A stretch of 64,000 bases of DNA. It comes from Eledone cirrhosa (Eukaryota). The position numbers and the translations under genes were made by a program. Each line of letters begins with the position of its first letter. The first letter of the stretch is position 1. Location of the stretch: positions 121,582,001-121,646,000 of the forward strand of contig OZ024744.1 of the NCBI GenBank assembly GCA_964016885.1, given 5' to 3'. Positions 37,701 through 49,790 of this stretch are shown in pieces. The notes under the pieces were generated by a model. The model was not told where the DNA came from. It saw only the letters and a list, made by a program, of their open reading frames with translations, and searched no databases.

Positions 37701-40700
37701 TGTTAAGTGGTCATGTAGGTGTCATGACCAGTACCCAGTACACAATGTAAAGTGGTCATGTAGGTGTCACGACAAAAAGTACCCTGTACACACTTTAAAG
37801 TGGTCATGTAGGTGTCACAACAAAAAGTACACAGTACACACTGTAAAGTGGTCATGTAGGTGACACAACAAAATGTACCCAGTACACACTGTAATCTGGT
37901 CATATAGGTGTCACCTCAGAAAGTACACAGTACTCACAGTAAAGTGGTCATGTAGGTGACAGAGCAAACAGTACCCAGTACACACCGTAAAATGGTTATG
38001 TAGCTATTACTAAATAAGTGCCCAGTACACTGTAAAGTTGTAGTGTGGGTCTCAAAACAAAAAGTACCCAGTACATACTATTAAGTGGTCATGTAGGTGT
38101 CACAACAAAAGTACCCAGTACACACTGTACAGTGGTCATGTAGGTGTCACAACAAAAAGTAGCCAGTCCACACTGTAAAGTGGTCATGTAGGTGTCACAA
38201 TAAAAAGTCCCAAGTACACACTGTAGAGTGGTCATGTAAGTGTCTCAACAAAAATTACCCTGTACACACTCTAAAGGGGCCATGTAGGTGTCACAATAAA
38301 AAGTACCCAGTAAACACTGTTAAGTGGTCATGTAGGTGACACAACACAAAGTATCCAGTCCACACTGTCAAGTGGTCATGTAGGTGTCACAACAAAGCGA
38401 CCCAGAACACACTGTAAAGTGATTATGTAGGCCCCACAACATAAAGTACCCAGTACACACTGTAAAGTGCTCATGTAGGTGTCACAAACAAAAGTACCCA
38501 GTACACACTGTAAAGTGGTCATGTAGGTGTCACACGAAAAAGTACCCAGTACACACTGTAAAGTGGTCACATAGGTGTCTCAACAAAAGGTACCCAGTAC
38601 ACACTGTTAAGTGGTCATGTAGGTGTCACAACACAAAGTATCCAGTCCACACTGTCAAGTGGTCATGTAGGTGTCACAACAAAAGGGACCCAGTACACAC
38701 TGTAAAGTGATTATGTAGGCCCCACAACATAAAGTACCCAGTACACACTGTAAAGAGGTCATGTAGGTGTCTCAACAAAAAGTACCCAGTATACACCGTA
38801 AAGTGGTCATGTAGGTGTCACAATGGTAAGTACACAGTACACACTGTAAGGTGGTCACAGCAAAAAGTACCCAGCACACACTGTAAAATGGTCATGTTAA
38901 TGTCACAAAAAAATGTACCCAGTACACACTGTAAGGTGATCATTTAGATGTCACAACATAAAGTACCCAGTACACACTGTAAGGTGGTCATGTATGTGAC
39001 ACAACAAAAAGTAGCCAGTACACAATGTAAAGTGGTCATGTAGGCGTCACGACAAAAGTACCCAGTACACACTGTAAAGTGGTCATGTAGGTGTCACAAC
39101 AAAAAGTACCCAGTGCACACTGTAAAGTGGTCATGTAGGTGTCACCACAAAAAGTACCCAATAAACTCTTTATAGAGGTTTTATAACTATCATGTTAAAA
39201 AATACCCTGTACACAGTATAAAATGGTCATGTAGGTGACATAACAAAAAGTACCCAATACACACTGTAAAGTGGTCATGTAGGTGTCACAACAAAAAGTA
39301 CCCAGTACACACTGAAAAGTGGTCATGTATGTGTCACACAAAAAGTACCCAGTACGCACTGTAAAGTAGTCATGTAGGTGTCACAATAAAAAGTACCCAG
39401 TAAACACTGTTAAGTGGTCATGTAGGTGTCACAACAAAAGGTACCCAGTACACACTGAAATGTAGTCTTGTAGGTGTCACAAAAAACTTTACCCAGTACA
39501 CACTGTAAAGTTGTCATGTAGGTGTCACAACAAAAAGTACCTAGTCCACACTGTAATGTGGGCATGTAGGTGTCACAACAAGAAGTACCCAGTACACGCT
39601 GTAAAGTGGTGATGTAGGTGTCACCTCAAAAAGCACCCAGTACCCACAGTAAAGTGGTCATGTAGGTGTCACAACATAAATTACCCAGTACACACTGTGA
39701 ATGGTCATGTAGGTGTCTCAACAAAAACTAGCCAGTAAACTCGGTATAGTGGTTTTATAACTGTCATGACAAAAAATACTGAGTACCCACTGTAAAATGG
39801 TCATGTATGTGACACAGCAAAAAGTACCCTGTACACACCGTAAAATGTTTATGTAGGTTTTGCTAAATAAGTACCGAGTACACTGTAAAGTTGTGTGGGT
39901 GTCAAAACAAAAAGTACCCAGTACACACTGTTAAGTGGTGATGTAGGTGTCACAACAAAAGTACCCAGTACCCACTGTAAAGTGGTCATGTAGGTGTCAC
40001 AACAAAAAGTACCCAGTACACACTGTAAAATTGTCATGTAGTTGTCACAACAAAACGTACCCAGTACACACTGTTAAGTGGTGATGTAGGTGTCACAACA
40101 AAAGTATCCAGTACACACTGTAAAGTGGTCATGTAGGTGACACAACAAAAAGTACCCATTACACACTGTAAAGTGGTCCTATAGGTGTCACGACAAAAGT
40201 ACCCAGTACACACTGTAAAGTGGTCATGTAGGTGTCACAACAAAATGTACCTAGTACACACTGTAAAGTGGTCATGTAGGTGTCACAACAAAATGTACCT
40301 AGTACACACTGTAAAATGGTCATGTAGATGGCACAACAAAAAGTACCCAGTACACACTGTAAAGTGGTCATGTAGGTGTCAAAACAAAAAGTACCTAGTG
40401 CACACTGTAGAGTGGTCATGTAGGTGTCACAACAAAAAGTACCCAGTACAAACTGTTAAGTGGTCATATAGGTGTCACAACAAAAAGTACCTAGTACACA
40501 CCGTTACGGGGTCATGTAGGTGTCACAACAAAAAGTAACCAGTACACACAGTCAAGTGGTCATGTAGGTGTCACAACAGAAAGTCCCCAGTACACACAGT
40601 AAAGAGGTCATGTAGGTGTCACAACAAAAAGTACCCAGTACACACTGTTAAGTGGTCATGTAGGTGTCACAACAAAAAGTACCCAGTACACGCTGTAAAG

Positions 40701-43700
40701 TAGTCATGTAGGTGTCATGACAACAAGTACCCAGTACACACTGTAAAGTGGTCATGTAGGTGTCACAACAAAAAGTACCCAGTACACACTGTAAAGTGGT
40801 AGTGTAGGTGTCACAACAAAAGGTACCCAGTACACACTGTCAAGAAGTCATGTAGCTGTCACAGTGATAAGTACACAACACACATTGTAAAGTGGTCATG
40901 TAGGTGTCACCACAAAAAGTACCCTGTCCACACTGTACAGTGCTCATGTAGGTGTGACAACAAATGTACCCAGTCCACACTATAAAGTGGTGATGTAGGT
41001 ATTACATCAAAAAGTACCCAGTATCCACAGTAAAGTGGTCATATAGGTGTCACAACATAAAGTACCCAGTACATACTGTAGAGTGGTCATGTAGGTGTCT
41101 CAACTAAAACTACCCAGTAAACTCTGTATAGTGGTTTTATAACTGTCATGACAAAAAATACTGAGTACACACTGTAAAATGGTCATGTTGGTGTCACCTC
41201 AAAAAGTACCCAGTACACACTGTAAAATGGTCATGTATGTGACACAGCAAAAAGTACCCAGTACACACCGTAAAATGGTTATTAAGGTTTTACTACATAA
41301 GTACCCAGTACACTGTAAAGTTGTGTGGGTGTCAAAACAAAAAGTACTCAGTACACACTGTTAAGTCTTCATGTAGGTGTCACAACAAAAAGTACCCAGT
41401 ACCAAATGTAAAGTGGTCGTGTAGGTGTCACACAAAAATACCCAGTACACACTGTTAAATCGTCGTGTACATGTCAGGACAACAAGTACCTAGTACACGC
41501 TCTAAGGTGGTCATGTAGGTGTCACAACAAAAAGTACCCAGTACAAACTGTAAAGTAGTCATGTAGGTCTCACAACAAAAGGTATCCAGTACATACTGTA
41601 AAGTGGTCATGTAGGAGTCACCACAAAAATTACCCACTACCCACATTAAAGTAGCCATATAGGTGTCACAAAAAAGTACCCAGTACACACTGTAATGTGG
41701 TCATGTAGGTGTCATCACAAAAATTGCCCAGTACACACTGTAAAGTGGTCATGTAGGTGTCACAACAAAAAGTACACAGTACGTTCTGTAAAGTGGTCAT
41801 GTAGGTGTCACAACAAAAAGTACCCAGTACACACTGTAAAGTGGTCATGTAGGTGTCACAACAAAAAGTACCCAGTACACACTGTAAAGTGGTCATGTAG
41901 GTGTCACAACAAGTACCCAGTACACACTGTAAAGTGGTCATGTAGGTGTCACAACAAAAAGTATCCAGTACACACTGTAAAGTGGTCATGTAGGTGTCAC
42001 AACAAAAAGTACCTAGTACATACTGTAAAGTGGTCATGTAGGGGTGACAACAAAAAGTACCCAGTACACCCTGTAATGTGGTCATGTAGGGGTGACAACA
42101 AAAAGTACCCAGTACACCCTGTAATGTGGTCATGTAGGGGTGACAACAAAAAGTACCCAGTACACACTGTAATGTGGTCATGTAGGGGTCACAACAAAAA
42201 GTACCCAGTACACACTGTAAAGTTTTCATGTAGTTGTCACAAAAAAAAGTACCCAATACACGCAGTAAAGTGGACATGTAGGTGTCACAACAAGTACCCA
42301 GTACACACTGTAAGCTGGTCATGTAGAGGTCACAACAAAAAGTACCTAGTACATACTGTAAAGTGGTCATGTAGGGGTGACAACAAAAAGTACCCAGTAC
42401 ACTGTAAAGTGGTCCCGTTAGGGGTTACAACAAAAAGTACCCAATCCACACTGTAAAGTGGTCATGTAGGACTCACGACAAAAGTACCCAGTACACACTG
42501 TAAAGTGGTCATGTAGGTGTCACGATAAAAAGTACCCAGTACATACTGTAAAGTGGTCATGAAGGTGTCATGACAAAAAGTATCCAGTACACACTGTAAA
42601 GTGGTCATGTAGGTGTAACAACAAAAAGTACCCAGTACACACTGTGAAGTGGTCATGTTAGTGTTACAACCAAAAGTACCCAGTACACACTGTCAAGTGA
42701 TAATGTAGGTGACACAGCAAAAAGTACCCAGTACACATTGTAAGGTGGTCATTTATGTGTCACAACAAAAAGTCCCCAGTACACACTGTAAAGTGGTCAT
42801 GTAGGTGTCACAACAAAAAGTACCCAGTACACACTGTGGAGTGGTGATGTTAGTATCACAACAAAAAATACCCAGTACACACCGTAAAGTTTTCATGTAG
42901 GTGTCACAAGAGAAAGTACCCAGTACACACTGTAAAGGAGACATGTAGGTGTCCCAACAAGTACCCAGTACACACTGTAAGGTGGTCATGTAGATGTCAC
43001 AAAAGAATGTACCCAGTACACACAGTAAAGTGGTCATGTAGGTGTCACAACAAAAAGGACCCAGTACGCATTGTAAAGTGGTCATGTATGTGTCACACAA
43101 AAGTACCCTGTACACACCGTAAAATCGTTATGTAGGTTTTACTAAATAAGTACCCAGTACACTGTAAATTTGTTGTGTGGGTATCAAAACAAAAATTACC
43201 CAGTACACACGTTAAGTGGTCATGTAGGTGTCATAACAAAATGTACCAAGTACACACTGTTAAGTGGAAATGTAGATGTCAAACCAAAACGTACCCAGTA
43301 CGAAATGTAAAGTCGTCATGTAGCTGTCACAAAAAAGTACCCAGTACACACTGTAAAGTGGTCATGTAGGAGTCACAATGGTAAGTACACAGTACACACT
43401 GCAAAGTGGTCATGTAGGTGTCACAACAAAAACTACCTAGTACACACTTGAAAGTAGACACTTATGTCTCACAAAAAAAGTCCCCAGTAAACACTGTAAA
43501 GTGTTCATGTAACTGTCATGATAAAAAGTACCCAGTACACGCTGTTAAGTGGTCATGTAGGTGTCATGACAAGTACCCAGTACACAATGTAAAGTGGTCA
43601 TGTAGGTGTCACGACAAAAAGTACCCTGTACACACTTTAAAGTGGTCATGTAGGTGTCACAACAAAAAGTACACAGTACACACTGTAAAGTGGTCATGTA

Positions 43701-46700
43701 GGTGACACAACAAAATGTACCCAGTACACACTGTAATCTGGTCATATAGGTGTCACCTCAGAAAGTACACAGTACTCACAGTAAAGTGGTCATGTAGGTG
43801 ACAGAGCAAACAGTACCCAGTACACACCGTAAAATGGTTATGTAGCTATTACTAAATAAGTGCCCAGTACACTGTAAAGTTGTAGTGTGGGTCTCAAAAC
43901 AAAAAGTACCCAGTACATACTATTAAGTGGTCATGTAGGTGTCACAACAAAAGTACCCTGTACACACTGTACAGTGGTCATGTAGGTGTCACAACAAAAA
44001 GTAGCCAGTCCACACTGTAAAGTGGTCATGTAGGTGTCACAATAAAAAGTCCCAAGTACACACTGTAGAGTGGTCATGTAAGTGTCTCAACAAAAATTAC
44101 CCTGTACACACTCTAAAGGGGCCATGTAGGTGTCACAATAAAAAGTACCCAGTACACACTGTTAAGGGGTCATGTAGGTGACACAACAAAAAGTACCCAG
44201 TACACACTGTTAAGTGGTCATGTAGGTGTCACAACACAAAGTATCCAGTCCACACTGTCAAGTGGTCATGTAGGTGTCACAACAAAAGGGACCCAGTACA
44301 CACTGTAAAGTGATTATATAGGCCCCACAACATAAAGTACCCAGTACACACTGTAAAGTGCTCATGTAGGTGTCACAAACAAAAGTACCCAGTACACACT
44401 GTAAAGTGGTCATGTAGGTGTCACACGAAAAAGTACCCAGTACACACTGTAAAGTGGTCACGTAGGTGTCACAACAAAAGGTACCCAGTACACCCTGTAA
44501 AGTGGTCATGCAGATGTCACAACAAAAGTACCCAGTCCACACTGTAAAGTGGTCATGTAGGTTTCTCAACAGAAAGTACGCAGTACACATTGTAAAGTGG
44601 TCATGTAGGTGTCACAACAAAAGGTACCCAGTACACACTGTAAAGTGGTCATGTAGGTGTCACAACAAAAAGTACCCGGTACACATTATAAAGTGGTCAT
44701 CTAGGTGTCACAACAAAACGTACCCACTACAGACTGTTAAGTGGTCGTGTAGGTGACACAACAAAAAGTACCCAGTACACACTGTAAAGTAGTCATGTAG
44801 GTGTCACTACAAAAAGTAACCAGTACACACTGTAAAGTGGTCATGTAGGTGTCACAACAAAAGGGACCCAGTACACACAGTAAAGTAGTCATGTAGGTGA
44901 CACAAGAAAAAGTAACCAGTACACACTGTAAAGTGGTCATGTAGGTGTCACAAGAAAAAGTAACCAGTACACACTGTAAAGTGGTCATGTAGGTGTCACA
45001 ACAAAAAGGACCCAGTACACACTGTAAAGTGATTATGTAGGTGTAACAACAAAAGGTACCCAGTATACACTCTAAGGTGGTCATGTAGGTGTCACAAGAA
45101 AAAAGTACCCAGTACGCTCTGTAAAATGGTCATGTAAGTGTCATGACAAAAAATACCCAGTATACACTGTAAAGTGTTCATGTAGGTGTCAGCACAAAAA
45201 TTACACAGTACACACTGTAAAGTGGTCATGTAGGTGTCACACGAAAAAGTACCCAGTTGGCTCTGTAAAGTGTTCATGTAACTGTCCTGATAAAAATACC
45301 CAGTACATACTGTAAAGTGGTTACGTAGGTCTCAGAACAAAAGGTACCCAGTCTACCCTGTAAAGTGGTCATGCAGATGTCACAACAAAAGTAAACATTA
45401 CACACTGTAAAGTGGTCATGTAGGTGTCACAAAAAAAGTACCCAGTACACACTGTTAAGAGGTCATGTAGGTGTCACAACAAAAGGGACCCAGTACACAC
45501 TATAAAGTGGTCATGTAGGTGTCACACGAAAAAGTACCCAGTATGCTCTGTAAAGTGGTCATGTAACTGTCATGATAAAAAATAACTAGTACATACTGTA
45601 AAGTTATCACGTAAGTGTCACACCAAAAGGTACCCAGTACACACTGTAAAGTGGTCATGCAGGTGTCACAAAAAAAGTAAACAGTAAACACTGTAAAGTT
45701 ATCATGTAGGTGTCACAACAAAAAGTACCCAGTACGCTCTGTAAAGTGGTTATGTAGCTGTCATGATAACAAATACCCAGTACACACTGTAAAGTGGTCA
45801 TGTAGGTGTCACAAGAAAAAAGTACCCAGTACGCTCTGTAAAATGTTCATGTAAGTGTCACATGACAAAAAATACCCAGTACACACTGTAAAGTGATCAT
45901 GTAGGTGTCACCACAAAAATTACCCAGTACACACTGTAAAGTGGTCGTGTAGGTGTCACACGAAAAAGTACCCAGTGCGCTCTGTAAAGTGTTCATGTAA
46001 CTGTCATGATAAAAATACCCAGTACATACTGTAAAGTGGTTACGTAGGTGTCACAAGAAAAGGTACCCAGTACACCCTGTAAAGTGGTCCTGCAGATGTC
46101 ACAAAAAAAGTACACAGTACACACTGTAAAGTGGTCATGTAGGTCTCACAAAAAAGTACCCAGTACACGCTGTAAAGTAGTCATGTAGGTGTCACTACAA
46201 AATGTAAGCAGTACACACTGTAAAGTCGTCATGTAGTTGTCATAAGAAAAAGTACCCAATCAACACTGTAAAGTGGTCATGATAAAAGCAACCAGTCCAC
46301 TCTGTAAAGTGCTCATGTATGTCTCACAACAAAAGGTACCCAGTACACCCTGTAAAGTGGTCATGCAGGTGTCACAAAAAGTACCCAGTACACTGTAACG
46401 TCATGTCGGTGTCCACACTGTAAAGTGGTCATGTAGGTTTCACAAACAAAAGTACCCAGTACACACTGTAAAGTGGTCATGTATGTGTCACGACAAAAGT
46501 ACCCAGTACACACTGTAAAGTGGTCATGTAGGGGTCACCACACAAATTAACCAATATACACTGCAAAGTGGTCATGTAGGTGTCACATCAATATGTACCC
46601 AGTACGCTCTGTAAATTGGTCATGTAACTGTCACAAAAAAAAGTACCCAGTACACACTGTAAAGTGGTCATGAAGGTGTCACAACAAAAATACCCAGTAC

Positions 46701-47083
46701 GCTCTGTAAAGTGGTCATGTAACTGTCATGACAAATACCCAGTACACACTGTAAAGTGGTCATGTAGGTGTCACCACAAAAAGTACCCAGTACGCTCTGT
46801 AAAGTGGTCATGTAACTTTTATGACAAAAAATACCCAGTACATACTGTAAATTGACCATGTAGGTGTCACAACAAAAAGTACCCACTACACACTGTTAAG
46901 TGGTCATATAGGTGACATGACAACAAGTACGCAGTACACACTGTAAAGTGGTCATGTAGGTGTCACAATAAAAAGTACCCATACACACTGTAAAGTGGTC
47001 ATATTAGTGTTGCAACAAAAAGTACCCATCTCACAGTGTAAAGTGGTCATGTAGGTGTCATGACAAAAGTACCCAGTACACTG
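19787..47083 (+). repeat. 27-kb satellite of 48-bp monomers
   Basis: Consensus GGTGTCACAACAAAAAGTACCCAGTACACACTGTAAAGTGGTCATGTA repeats throughout, with diverged monomers and kb-scale block duplications. Confidence 0.99.
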
Positions 47084-49370
47084 ATGGTCACACCAATTGT
47101 ACTGTTGACACATTCAAACTCAGTCTGTGACACACTGATAATACATATGAAGCAACTACAGACGGTAATATGTGTCACATATCGGCCGCCCGATGCCCCC
47201 AGTCATGAGGGTATATTTGAGGATAGCCTCAGTAGGATAGAGAGGTCCTTGACAAACTGGACCAGGGTCTCAACATTCTACTGCTGGGAGACTTCAACCT
47301 ACCAAAGGTCAAATGGCCTGAGGGCCACCTCCTCCCTGGAATGACGTCAATAGAACAGAGACAGACGGAATCCCTGCTGGCCCTCACACACAGGCTGTTC
47401 ATGGAACAAGCAGTACTCCTCCCAACAAGAAGCGAAAATGTCCTGGACCTCTGTTTTACAAACAACGAAGTGCTCATCCACAATGTAAAGGTGACACCAA
47501 CAATTCTCTCGGATCATAACTTAGTAGAACTAATGATATGTGGTCCAAGAGAACCAACAGAGACACAACCATCAAGAAGCACTGGGACGTTATCCAGCCT
47601 TAACTTCTACAAGGCTAACTAGAAAAAGATCAAGAGAGAAATCCGGAAGCAAACATGGAGTGAAAACACCGCCACACAAGCCACTAACACACAATTTCAA
47701 CACTTCATGACAACGATACACACTATATGCAAAAGGTTTGTCCCGGAGAAAAAGGCAAACAGAGACAAAAATCTTATTCCCAGAGATAGGAAAATCCTTA
47801 TGAGACGTAGAACCAAGATCTCAAACCAGTTGAATGCACAACAAGAAAACAAAAACAAGAAGGAATCCTATTTGAAACGTGCACTACTTGACACCGAGAT
47901 TGCACTCAAACTTTCCCATGAAAACGAGAGGGCAAAGAAAGAGAACAGGGCCATAGAAAACATTAAAACAAACCCTAAGGCCTTCTTTAAATTTGCAAAA
48001 GAAACTGCCTCGGTACACTGCAAGATTGGGCCACTCTTCCATACGGACGGTTCATTAACCGAGAATCCCCAAGAGATATGTGAAATACTGAACGAACAGT
48101 ACAAAAGTGTGTTCACATGTCCACTGAGGTACATGTAAATAATGAAGCCAGAGGAGTTCTTTGATGCCACAACACTACATGAAGAAATGGCGACCATCAA
48201 CCACATAGACATAACGGAGGAGGATGTGGTATACGCCATAGATGAAATTAGAACAGACTCGGCTGCTGGACCTGATGGATTCCCAGTCCTCTTAAAAACA
48301 TGTAAGCGGGCCTTAGCAACTCCAATGAAGACGCTCTTCAAAATCTCCTTGGATAGCAGTATATTACCCAGGGAGCTGAAAGAAGGCACAATATGCCCTA
48401 TCCATAAAGGAGGTAGTAGAGCGGAGGCCAAAAACTATAGGCCAGTCTCCCTGACGTCACATATCAGTAAGGTCATGGAGCGAGTCGTCAGAAAGAAACT
48501 GATCACTTTCCTCGAGGAAAGTGACGGCCTGACTAGCACGCAACATGGCTTCTGCCCAGGAAGAAGCTGCCTTACACAGCTGCTACATCACTACGACTGG
48601 GTACTGAGACAACTACTAGACAGCTCACATGTAGACGTGATATATCTTGTCTTTGCGAAGGCCTTTGACAAGGTCGACCACGGAATGATATGTCACAAAC
48701 TACACGGACTCGGCATAACTGGAAAAGTAGGTGAGTGGCTGCATGACTTCTTAAAGGACAGAAGCCAGACAGTCGCAGCAAACGGGGCCTTCTCAAAGGA
48801 AACATCAATAACAAGTGGGGTGCCCCAAGGAACAGTCCTGGGACCACTACTGTTTTTGGTGGCTCTCTCAGACATACCCTCTGTAGTACATACAACAACA
48901 TCCCTCACTACCTATGCTGATGACACTAAGGTAGCACAGGCAATCAAAAACCCAGCTGACGCTGCCCTTTTAAAACAGGATATGGATGCCATATACAAAT
49001 GAGCGGAAGAAAACAACATGCAGTTTAATGCTAGCAAATTCCAAGCCCTGCAATACAAACCTCCAAACACAAATACAGTACAACACAGTTATGCAGGACC
49101 AGGAGGGACCGATATCTCCGTGTCAAAATCGATACGGGACATGGGTATAGACATGAGCGATGATGCATCTTTTTCCTCACACATCATGAAAGTGGAGACA
49201 ATGTGCAGATGACTCGCTGGCTGGATCTTGAGGACTTTCCGGGCAAGAGACCGAGACACCATATTGACACTATTGAGGATATTTGTCCTAAGCCGCCTGG
49301 ACTATTGCTCCCAGTTGTGGGCACCCCATAGTGTCAAACTAACCACGGAGCTTGAGGCAATCCAGCGAAG
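47084..49370 (+). mobile_element. CR1/L2-group LINE ORF2 (partial APE endonuclease plus RT), pseudogenised and truncated at both ends
   Basis: YRPPD, LLGDFNLP, PTRSENVLDLCFTN, SDHNLV; GPDG, NYRPVSLTS, QHGF, FAKAFDKVDH, GVPQGTVLGPLLF, YADD, LDYCSQLWAP. Several in-frame stops. Confidence 0.93.
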
Positions 49371-49730
49371 TTGCCCACTTGATGTCAACATTGTGAGAAA
49401 AATACAAGAGAAGGAGGACATCTACGGGCCATTGATGAGGAGTTTACAAATCCAGTATCCAAGATACACCTTTTGCTTCTTACCCATCATTATTGGAGCT
49501 ACAGGTTATATACCAACCCGCTTGGACCAATGTATAACTGAATTTGGATTTGCGGTCAAAGAGGGCAACTCCCTAATTCATAGTCTACAAATGGCTGCGA
49601 TAGCTGGCACCTTCAAAATTTGCAAAACATTCTTGCGATTCAAGGGATGACAATTTCTTTTCTTTTACAACCTTGCCACCAGGAAGGTGGCGGGTCAAAA
49701 ATATACTCAAAATTAAGAGAAAGAGATAAC
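49371..49730 (+). mobile_element. 3' fragment of an R4/Dong-like (RLE-type) non-LTR element
   Basis: CPLDVNI..KIQEKEDIYGPL...LPIIIGATG...LQMAAIAGTFKICKTFL matches the end of a restriction-like endonuclease domain. A short UTR follows, then (TACA)n. Confidence 0.75.
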
Positions 49731-49790
49731 ATATATATATACATACATATATACATACATACATATATACATACATATATATATATACAT

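Noticed and set aside
19787-47083. Cys/His-rich ORFs (CRCHNKKYPVHTVKWS and MTTLQCVLGTFCCDTY repeats) as zinc-finger or metallothionein-like genes
   Set aside because: They arise because 48 bp equals 16 codons. They occur on both strands, break at frequent indels and lack C2H2 spacing.
19787-47083. CRISPR-like array
   Set aside because: No unique spacers, no cas genes, and a eukaryotic LINE context.
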